This document shows positions 12,401 to 24,400 of a DNA stretch of 64,000 bases, in pieces. The notes below the pieces were generated by a model. The model made no database searches and was not told the DNA's origin. It saw only the letters and a program-made list of their open reading frames with translations. The DNA is from Tubiluchus corallicola. Its lineage: Eukaryota; Animalia; Priapulida. The stretch is taken from assembly GCA_030141605.1 (NCBI GenBank), contig JAQGDQ010000003.1, positions 682,001-746,000 on the forward strand, in the 5' to 3' direction. The stretch's first letter is position 1. Each line of letters opens with the position of its first letter. Position numbers and translations under genes: made by a program.

Positions 12401-15400
12401 AGGGATACAACAACACAACTAGTAAAGCACGAGCTGACCAAATCCTTATCACATTATGATAGCATTCTTTAGTAGCGTTCTTACCAAACATTACATGATA
12501 ATCCTTTCAATATTCGGAATAGGAAACAACCACTGACAAATTGAGACTGGCAGTTGAGCAGGACTAGATGGGAAAACAGAATACGTCAATTTTGTGATTA
12601 TAATGCCGTTCAATTTCTTAACCATGCGGGGTTACGATGTCCCGAAACTAAATGTACTGACTATATTCAAGATATCAAATTGTATTTTATGTAATGATGG
12701 TTCTTACTTATCACTGGACATATTGTTTTATATGTTGTGTATGTGTTGAACTATAGGTTGTATAAGATGTTGAATTTCTCATTAAGATATATATATATAT
12801 ATATATATATAATAGTACAGAACAATTTAGTACATCAAAATATTGTTCAAGCAATACCAAATCTGTCGTACTCCCAAAATTGGTGCAGAGACCTAATATG
12901 TCTTACACAGCCTGCAATCTTGAAGGGTGTGATTGGAGCAGTGATCTGAAAACTCTGGGATTAATTTTTTTCGATTGAGTTGAATGGCTTACAAATTCAC
13001 TTAATTCATCCCTGCCAAACACAATAGAACTATTGTGAAAGACAGAGTGGTCTCTAAGATAATAAAAACGTGCTATTGATTAGTATTCAACAGGTAAGCT
13101 TTTCAGACATCGGTGAGATGTTTTGGGGGATCTTCAGTTCTTGAGTTCTTCGAGTAAGTGCTCCTTCATACCCCTTAAGAATGCAGGCTGTGTGAGACTT
13201 ATGAGGCTTGCCACACTAAATTTTGAAGGCATGGTAGATTGACATTTGGTTAAACAATATTTTGATGTAATGAACTAATCTGTAATTAATGTTACTCATT
13301 ATTTTTGTACCCCTAGCAAAACGTTACATACCACTCTTTTGTATGTAATTTGCCTTTATGAGTCAAAAATGTAGCTTTTAAAACATTTAGATTAAGATTA
13401 CATAAAATTTTGATATGGCCGTAAAAATACATGAATAACCAGTGATTTTTTGTATTACTCGTGTCGTTTTGCTTACTTAGAGTACATTTGTTAACAAACA
13501 TTTACTAAGAATTCATGTTACATTTACGCTTATTCCACTTAGTAGTAGAATCTATTGTTGTAGGCTATGGAAGTATCATCACTGTCTAGCAGTGTGGAAC
13601 GTGCAAGCCAGGATAGTTCTTCTATAACGGAGCGGTCTTCTACTGCCAGTCAAAACACAATTGAAGGCGTTAGTCAAATAGGTTTGTTTCACGCTTTACT
13701 CATGCGGTATTTGATGTTAACTCATTTAACGTGCATGCAGTTAATGACTTAGTGTGCAGGTTTATTTACTAAATCAACCATTTGGCTTTTAAAAAGTCTT
13801 GCCTGTTTAGAGGTTGATATACATGTTTGTTAAGCAACTTCATGTGCCATAGAGCAGCCACAGTCTGTAATAATGTTAAAAACATTTACTGGGTCATTAT
13901 TGCAAATACCTTGCCAGTTAATGCGGTAAGTCACACTTCTCTCGTATCGTTTTGGAATGTTCTGAACAACGACAATTAAAGCTGGCACATTGAAAGCAAA
14001 AATAGCCCTTCAGGAGCCACACAATTTGAAATGAGTAGCCTGCATCTGTGTGCATTTTGTGTAAAATATTTCTGTGCTGAATGGATTCATTCTTTGGCCT
14101 TTTTCTTGTCTGAATTTCGAATTAAATGCGTATTTTGAAATGTTTTCATACTTGGCATATTTCCTACAGATGAAACACAAGATATTTCAGGCGGAGTGGA
14201 AGCTCAGGAAAGCCTCTTATATTCTATTTGGGTTTCCTTTGTGGAAGTGTATAACGAGTATGTCTACGATTTGCTTGTGCCAATGTCTGCGGGACAGAGG
14301 AAGCGTCAAACACTGAAGCTAGCAGAAGACAATAGCGGAAATACTTACTTAAAAGGTTTGTTTGTTTTACTGTTGTGCAACTTTGTTTGTGCTTGTACAT
14401 GAATAGCAGCCATTTTTTATTGATAAAATCTTGCTATCAGTTGTGAAGATATGGCTATTTATTTTGAGAATGTTCAATTTTTTATTTTGGAGTCCTACTT
14501 ATAAAGCTTCTAATTGAGATTTTGGTTGTTTGTACTGGACTTACATTACTGTACTTTCATTGAATGGCTAATTGGAAGCCTTGACTCAAACATGATGTTT
14601 TTATTGTATGCTAGCACTTGAGTAGAAATTAACTGGACGTTTCAGCAAAAAATATTTATCCATAAACACAAAGCTTGAAGGTGCAATTAGCAACCGTAAG
14701 AAAAGGTTTCGATATTTCACAAATACAAAATAACGAAAAATGGAACACCACCAATGTTTTGTATTTCTGAGTTGTCTAAAGCCTTCCCTTATTAGTGCTA
14801 ATTGTATCATTTCAGTTTTATGTCGACTAAAATATTTTATTTTTCTGTTGCAGCTGACGTGAAGACAATGCTTAAACGTCCAAGTTGATTTATATTCGAG
14901 TGCTAGAATACAATTGTTAAAAGTGACATTTTAGTAGCTGTTGTAGCTGCTACATTTATCTTAAAGTTAAAATTTCCAAGTGAGATCTTTTCAGAAATTA
15001 TTATTTTTATTTATTGTCATACTAATGTAAAAAATACTAAAAGCTTTATATATGCATTTGTATTTTATTTGCCAGGTTTGAAGGAGATCAATGTAATGTC
15101 ATCAGATGAGGCTTACAAGGTTCTTGCTGTTGGTAGGAAGAACCTGCAGATGGCTACGTCTAGTCTCAACCACTGCTCTAGCCGAAGGTTGAATTTATTT
15201 CCATAATCTTTTAACTTTTTTGCTGTAATTCAAATTGTTTTATCACCTTGCAGTGAGTTCTGTACCTGTGCTGTTTCAGTTAAATATTTGTGGTCATACT
15301 GATGTGCTAATCATTAGTGTCAGATGCAGTGCACAACTCAATAATATACAGTTTAAAAATACCAACCTTAGTTTCTATGTCTGATGTTGTACTGAACACT

Positions 15401-18400
15401 TAATGCACATAACAAGCTGTTTCAAAATGGTAACGTTATTTTCTATAGCTGGTGTTGCACTGAACACTAAATGCACATTATAGGCTGTTTCAGAATGGTA
15501 ACATTATTTCCTATGGTTGCACTGAACACTTAATGCACATCATAAGCTGTTTTAAAATGATGACATTTGGGATTTTCAGTAATGAGGTACTTTGTAATCT
15601 TGTCCATATCAGGATTGCATGTTGCACTGAACGGTTAATGCACATATATACGTTTCAAACTAGTAATATTTTTTTATGGCTGACTTTGCTTAGAACACTC
15701 GTCGTACAACATATAGCACACAGATTTTTCACACAAAATTCATTGGCAGCTGATTGTGTTCTTCACACAGATTGGGCTCTGTGAAAAACTTTCTGTGCTT
15801 GAATAGCAATTTTTTTCATTTATATTGCCTATTTTAAGTTAAATGTTGACTGATTTTTGTTAATGTAAATGTTTGTGTTCATTTATTTGTTGTTTTGTTT
15901 TTTGTTGTTTATTCATTTGCTCATTTTTTCATTCATGAGATTATTCATTTTTTTACTCATTTGTTCACTTATTTATTATTTATTCAATCATCGTGATTTC
16001 ACATTATCTCTTATTCTTTTCTTTCTATACTGTTTTTTCTTTAATATTTTTCTTTCTTTCTTTCTTTATTCATAAAAGTCTAATACTCATTCATTTTTCT
16101 AAATTATATAGATAGATTCCAAGTAGCTGGGTGAATTTGAAGTGTCGTCGATGCAACTTGGCTTATGTGATGTGTGTGGTGTATTCAGTGTGATACCAAC
16201 CTTTTTCCTGCTAATATATTTTTACTGTGTCAGTTACAGTGTTTATTTATTGAATTTTTGAAATGGTTTGACCGATATTGTTTGAAATGTGGTGCTTGTG
16301 GTTACAAATGTGATCGTTGCTTAAATAAATGAAGTTCTGTTGTAATTTCAGCCACTGCATCTTTTCGGTGAAAATTCTGCGAGTTGTTAACAAGAATGAA
16401 CCTCACATGTGCCGCGTGAACAGGTAAGTAATACGCTCCATTCTTTTTGTCTGTCATTCAGATGTCACATTTAGGTTTGCCTTGTGCATATTCATATTAT
16501 ACATTTTTCTCACTATGGTGAGTGGGTATTATGATTATGCTACTTGCATTTGTTTTGGTATGTGCTTGTTGTTAAAGTGCTAGTTTGCTATTATAAATGT
16601 GACAGACTCAAATTTGAATAGTTGAAACTTTTTTGAATATCTGAATTTGGTTGTCATTGCGTTATTTTCTGATTACAGATTATCCTTTTGTGACTTGGCT
16701 GGCTCTGAACGAGCGGCTGTGACAATTAATAGCAATGATAGACTTCGGGAGGCTTGTAATATCAACACTTCTTTGATGACTCTTGCTAGATGCATCCATA
16801 CGCTGCGATACAACCAAAGTCACAAGTCAGCTTTTACGAAATTTTATTTTTTATTGCATTAAATGCTATGTCCTCATTCTAAAATATTGAGTTATATTAT
16901 TTTTCTGAAGAATGCTGAAGCAATTGCCATTAGTGCATTATTAACTTTGACTATTCAATTTCTGCCATTATGAGTTGTGACCATGTGTCATAGTATTCTA
17001 AGTTTTGCCTTGTGAAATAGTTAGTGTGGCATTGTCATCTTATGTTCATTGACAAAATTCAGGATTTTTTATGACGTATTTATGACGAATTGTGACAAAC
17101 AGTAGAAGTTTGGGTAACAAATTTACTGTTATCAGTGAGTTTACAACCACTGCTTTAAGGACGTTGAAGCAGCGACCTTTGATAATTCAAGTGATGGTAT
17201 AGAATTGACATTCGCAATGTTAGGAATTTCGGAGCATTTTGGTGCCAGTTTTTATTGTCACTTCAGCCAATAAAGTTCGCATGTGAATCAGCACACTTCT
17301 GCTTGTTTGTTTTGAGGTCGTTTTTAAATTTTTCAATATCATTTTTCTAGAGACAATCCTCGTGTTGTGCCATACCGTAACAGCAAGATTACAAGAATGT
17401 TTCAATCTTTCTTTTGTGGCAAAGGCAAGGCCTGCATGGTTGTAAATATTAGTCCTTGTGCATTGTACTTCGATGAGACGATACAAACATTAAAATTTTC
17501 AGCTATTGCAAAACAGGTGTGTGTACTTTCATTTACTCTATACGCATTATCTAACACTGAAATTAAATTTGAAAAAATTTTAAACTTTTCTGATACTGAT
17601 TGATTTAGCTTTTCAACAATGTTGGTTTTGTTTTTGTGTGTGTGTGCACTTTAGGTTACGGTTATTTCGGTGAGGGAGCCTGAACCAGTGATGCAGAAGA
17701 CCATTCATATTCCCAGCAAAGTGTCACTCATGTTGCAAGATTCTACTAGGGATCGTACAACAATGGAATGGGCAGGTGCAGAAACAATTGAAACTATTGT
17801 GGAAGAGGCGGATGCAGAAAATAATTCTGCAGAAGTTAAGGTAATATATGTTATTTTCTGGACAATCTAGATAGTAGTAAGATCTGAATTTGTCTCTGAC
17901 CTTGTTTCATACCAACTTAATTTCATTAGACTTTTATTTCATTTTCTTGTCACACAGTTTCTGCTTGGACTAAACTAATTTTTTGAAATTTTTTATATTT
18001 CTATTTCAGTAAGTATTTGCAAATTGCACTAAGTATTTATAAGTATGTTTTATAGTCATATCGTACATAAATTTCATTCACTCTGCTATTTCATTGCAAA
18101 ATTCTATTCTTTTTTCCTTGACATACCTCAAAGATTTTTCCTATTTTTTTTCTAAATCACTTTCCCAAAGCAGCATAACTCTGACAAGCTCTGCTTTTTG
18201 AATGTCCTGCAACAAATTTGTGCTTAGACGTTAGTGCGTAGCACACATCATTTCCAATTTCTTATAATAATTAATGATGCATCTGATGAGGTATTTGTTT
18301 CTTGCTTGTGTATTGTGTAGTATATTCTACTTAATTCTACTAGATCTAGTAATTTTATTAATAGATAAATAATATCGGAAATCAGCAAAGAACGATTTTT

Positions 18401-21400
18401 TTAGTATAACCTTTTTTCATTACAGTCATTTAAGAAAGTCAAGACACCTAGTAATAATTGTTTTATGTTTAGCGCTTGCAACTGCTGATCGAGGAGCTTA
18501 CACAAAACTTAATCGAAGAAAAACGCAAGGTTCTGACTATTGAATCAAAAGTACGAAAGGAGTTATGTGACGAATTTGCCGTTCAGCTTACCGAAATAGA
18601 AAATCAAACTACGGAGCGCATTTTAGAAGAACGAGAAATGGCTCAAGAATATGCTGATAGTCGGTGCGTTTTAAACTGTGGCTTATTCTGATGGCTTTAT
18701 GCATTAAGAGAGTGTATCAATTGCAAACAGCGCATATTGTCTAAAACAACAGTTTTCGTAGGGGCAAAGTAATGGAAAAAATAGCCCTACTCTAAAAGAA
18801 ATTGCAAAAAACGTTTTTTGGTGATTTCTTGTGGTATTTGGTCCAGACAGTAACATATCCAAATTAGGAGGAAATTTGGGCGAAAGTCTACCAGAATGCT
18901 GAAAAATGCTCATTTTGCTTCAGAAGCATGAAATTTTCCACAGTGTTCATTATGTGCTTAACGCATTACATAATACTGTACGTGCAATATTCATTTGTGA
19001 AACCATACCATTATTCATACATAACCTTGCTATGTTGTGACAGTACATGCATGTTAGTTGACAAAACAGGTAGACTTTGTTCATAATTCCCAAATGATAG
19101 GGCCCCTATGAGCTGACAAAAGCCATCTTGTCAGCCATCTCGAATGCTATCCCCATGTTGGATAATTTTTGAAAAAACGTTTTCTTGCAATTTTTCAAAG
19201 GTAAGTCAGCAAACTGACTCTACTATTTGTACAGACAGTATAGGTCTAATAAGTGCAATAGAATTGGGTAGGTTGGTAAAAAATCAATGTTTGATAATAA
19301 ACACTACTGCTAATTCCGGAACACAAAGTAAAAATTTTTTTTTGTTTATGTGCACATTTTAACTGCACTGTTAATGGCTAATGTTTAGCTTCAACGCATG
19401 CGCAAAGTAAACAAACTTTTGCCACTTTCTTCAGTTTTGTAGCTGTATGTATAAAAAGATGAACTCTTTCAAATTCAAAAACATTATTTTTAATACAGTA
19501 GTCGCCGCTTAATAGACTCACTTTGGGACCGACGTGTTTTGACCCAATTAACAGATGGGTGTAGTATTACTGCTATAGAAGTATGAGTCATCAGCTTACT
19601 ATGCACTGCAAAGGCTTTTAATCAATTGTAGAAACTAACTAATCCCTAAATTCCTTTGTGCAGTTAAAAATTAGAAGAAAAAAAATTGTAAACCACACTT
19701 TTAACACTGACTCCACTTCACAGTCTTTTCCTGTGCGTCGGCTCTTAGATGCTAGATTCTCATTTTGGCTTGCTGACTACTCAATTTCAGATCGTTTTTT
19801 CAATTTTCTGCCGAAAGTACTTTGGGAATTTTCAGCTGCGCTGCTGTAAACCTCTGCCCTTTCTTTGGAAGTTTATTATACTCCTCTAAAATTTTCAGTT
19901 TCTCCTTAACTGTTAGATCTTTATGCTTATGCTCCATTTTTCAAACTTCTCAACTCTGTGCCCTTATTTGCTGTATGATGTTTACTCTTGTAAGTCACAA
20001 GGAATACTGGCTGATTACTGTACCTGCCTTTTTGACTATAAATTCATTAAGCCTGAAAGGGTGATTTGCAACTAGCGCATCAAAAGGAGACCGCTAGGCA
20101 AGTGATTAAATGTTTAGCTTCCAGAAATTCTTTGGGTAACGAGGTTAATTGCAGTAGGCTAGCGAGTAACAGATTCAGAGCAAAATCGTTAGGCTACCGT
20201 ATTAACGCATGATAAACGTACTTGTTTACAAACAAAACGGTACTTAACATGATTGTTTCTACTCATATAATGCACAAAAGGGAAGTAAAGATAACATAAA
20301 AGTAGGAAAGGCTGTTTGGGCACATACAAATGTCTTATTTTAAGTACGTGAAGGAAAAATATTGAGTCAATTAAGCGAAGTTATTTGAGTCAATTACCGA
20401 TAGTTTTTATTTATATTTGAATAGAAGCGGCCCGTGCCAGGCGTTTTGAGTCAGTTAAGTGATTGAGTCTATTAAGCATCGACTACTGTACAGTTCATGC
20501 AAATGTGGCACATGTTTTGCACGACACCTTTCAAATATTTCTAATTTTCTATAGAATACGTTGATGGGGCTTAAACTTTTCTAACGTATTAAATGTGCTA
20601 TAGTTAATTTTTTTGTAAACCCGAGATACCTGAGATTATATTTTGTATTCAAAAATGTTTAGTAGATGTGTTGTTGTTGTATTAAAAAAGTACAAACCAC
20701 AATCTAAAAAAGTTATTTTCATGTACCTATTATAATGTCGCAATGCGTGTCAATTTTTGTACTTGAAGAATTGAGCTACTTCAGAAATCGTTAAAGAAGT
20801 CGCGCAAGAGAGCTAGAATTACGGAAGAAAGGGAAGACGAACTTATTTCGAAGGCTCTGTTGGATATGGAAACAGCAAGACTGAAGGTTTGTAACTCTTT
20901 TTAAATAATCTTCAACACTCTGGGTTATTTTCTAACTTATTTCTGGCCTTTCAATCTTCTTAAAATTGAGTTATCTGATAATTGACTGTTTTTCATATCA
21001 GTTCACTTACCAGTTTAATAGTATGAATTCTTATTGTGTTCTTGATAGAAGCATCAGATCTAGCTTTTTTTATCTCGTTTCTTCGTTTCTTGATTGTGCA
21101 CTTCAAGAACACTTATTGCGGCATATAGCAGTCCAGCTGCATGTTTGTTTAACCATAAAGTGCTTTGTTTGGTCCTGCTATGTAAAATTACTAAACAGGT
21201 AAAAATATATCACATGTGTAAAAAATTTTATGTGATGGTAGGAGAAAGAACACCAAGTGAGCGTTCTTCAGCAAAAGTTGGAGGAATCACAACGTGATTC
21301 GCAGCTGCAGATTGAGAAGCTGAAATCTGTGATAAAACAGTCAGGACTGGATCGAGCTAAAACAGTTGAGGAAAATTCCAACCTGCAATTTAGATTGTCA

Positions 21401-24400
21401 GATGCTAACACAACTATCAGCAAATTACAGCAAGAGCTCACTAGGTACGTTTCTGTAAGTTTGTTTAAGGTAAGTGAGGTATGCGTGCGTGTGTGTGAAT
21501 GTCAACCACATTTTAGCAGTGCAGCTGTTGACATATCAGCTTTTTCATAATGGAACAGTTACATATGCAGAGTTAAATTATACTTATGTTAGAGTAACGT
21601 TACTTTAATGTAAAGAATTAGTGGTGAGTATTGTTACAAATTTTAATAAATTTCTTACCTTTATCAAAGGCAGTGCTAAGAAACATTTTTTGCAGTGGAA
21701 ATAGTCTGTCGTCACAATTTCAGTGCGAGGAAAATCTGTATTGATTCCGAAAAGGTGGTTAGAGACTTAAAAAACTGAAATATGGAATCTTGGGAAACCT
21801 TTAATGTTTCCTTTACTTTGTTCATAGTGACGTGCTTCCTTTACTTTGTTCATAGTGGTGTTGAATGACTTTTGCTTGTATGTCGGTCCTGTTTTTTTAG
21901 CCTGTTTGACAAGACTAATAGCACGGAGGAGAATGAAAATGAAATGAAAGTGCTTTCATTGGCTGCTGAAAATGAGTCCCTCAAATCCTGCGTTGAAGCT
22001 TCAAACACTCGTCTCACATCGTTAGAGCAAGAACATACTGTGCAAATGGAAGAGATATCACAGAAACTACATGATGCTGAGGAAGAAATTAACAGATTGA
22101 AACAAAGCATAAGTAACCATGAACAACAGGCAACAGCTGAAAACAAAGACGACAAGGTACGTGGTACAAGAGGTACTTAATCAGAATTACCGTAAGGAAA
22201 ATATCAAAAAATAAATGCTATCTGGTGTGATATTTTTCTCTTTTTTTATACCAAATCATAATGGCTGTTGGTCGAACCAATAATGACTACTTAGGATGGC
22301 GAGCCTTGCGAATCAACTAAATTGCTGCCACACTGCCATTCAATGTGAAGCACAGTTGTAAGAAGTGGCTTCCATTTAGATGTTGCATTATTTTTGATAA
22401 TTCTGCATGCCTGGCTGTGACTTGGATGGATATTTATGTTGTTGGTATGCTTAGCCGGGAAGTCGAATGCACAGTGTGAATATTGTGTGACTTCAGCGGT
22501 CGCATTTCTAGTTATGGCACCTGCTTCACAAATTTTCAATCACATGCTCACAAATCTATGCCGTAATTTTTTTATTCGCAAGGTGCGTAAATATTGTAAA
22601 CATATCAGGGTCATAATTTTGTTATATTTTGCCAGAATCTTCGCCATGACTTTTTACGAGAATCCAGAGAATCAAGGTCAAAATTACACATTTCAAGTAT
22701 GATGAATTATAATTATCGAAACAGCAAAGATTAAATTTCAATTAAAGTGATTTATTAATCCGCTATCAGAACTGTCGCCTTTTTTAGAATGAGACGTAAC
22801 ATTTCCTGTTTCGGTCTCCAAGCTATTTAGAATTTTGTTAATTCTTCACTTTGTCAATGAATTCACAATCATCATTTCCTTCATCAAGAAATGTATCACA
22901 AGCATTTGAAACGAGAAGCGCTTTAAATTTATGCAAAATACAAGAAATTTTACTGATAATTTGACAAATTGTCTGCTTAATTTTACACCGTCTGCCAAAA
23001 GTTTGCGTTTTTGTTGGCTTGGCAACGAGCATAGATCCCTACAATTTTTACATACAACTTTGAATGAAAAACGCAGTGCGTCAAAGACACTTGTGAAGTA
23101 ACTAAGTAATATCGCCAGTGCAATGTGACAGCGTGCGTATGCGCTAGCGTAAGGTAGAGAGCAAAAATGTCAGATTAATGCCAGTATTTCTTTATTTTTT
23201 AACGTTCAAGTAAAACCTGCGCTAATCTAACCAGATTCGCAGAAAAAGGCAATAGCGCCAATGTTTACTCGAATGGATTCGCATCGAAATTCTGGCTCTG
23301 TACATTGTTACAAGTTTTGGTTCTGATTTGCATGTATGGATAAAGCAGCATCTTTTTTGAGAAGCTCGAGTATGTTATAATGTGTTTACTACTTGGGAGT
23401 GTAGTAACTTACCACTTTCGGATAATTACTCTGAAGCTTTTCGTGAATTTTTTTCAAGTATTTGTTGCATTTTATAGGGCGGGAATAGGCCTGATTCTTC
23501 CAATGACTTTTTACATTCTGAAATCATAAATGAACTGCAGCGGCAAATTCAAGATGCTAAATCAGTGCTTCTTGAAAAGGTAATGAAGCAGTAGATGATT
23601 AGATTGAGTTTAAATTTAATGATTAACTGTGTTCAAGAGTGGATATTTGCATTACAGTATGAAAAGTATGAATATTTTCAAATAAAAATATTTTATTGTC
23701 AAAATGTAATTAAACGTGAATTTTTAAGTGTCAATAATAAATTGCTGTTTTTGGCATCATGTAATAAATTTGTTTAGGACATAATTCAAGAATAACACTG
23801 TAGGGAATAGTTAAATTGATATAACTGGATGCATGTACAAATTGTTTTTTTAGGAAGCTGAAAATATGGAATTAAACGAAATGTTACAAGAAGCAGGAGA
23901 AACATTCCAAGAAAAAGATTCAAATATTAAGCAGCTGGAAAAGACCATTGAACAGCTGAAAACACTGCTTAACCAGCAAGAAGAACGACTAACAGCACAG
24001 GTATGCTAACACTTTAACCTGAAACAAATCATATACGTCTTGGTATCATGAATTTGGCAAATTATTTTTATAAAGATTTGCATACTTTTGAGCTCATTTA
24101 GGAAACTGCTAACTACACAACTGTTTAAGTCAACTGAAAAAAGATATTAAAGTGGCTAAAGTTAAAATGTTATTTTTATTTTACGAAGTGCAAAAATCAA
24201 TGTTGCCTAAAGTCATTGTGCTTAGCTAAAAACTGTATTTCAGATTTCCTTCAGTGTCATAATTATACTTTTCCGTACATAATTCTTGCAGTCTGTAATT
24301 TGAATATGGGGAAACTAACGTAATATGTTATTAAATAATTTTATTTTTAAATTTGCTGTATGAACTGTCACTTCTCTTTTAGGAAACAGCAATGAATGAG

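Noticed and set aside
22260-23300. Possible DNA-transposon relic in the intron
   Set aside because: Only one convincing terminus-like end and no recognisable transposase motif
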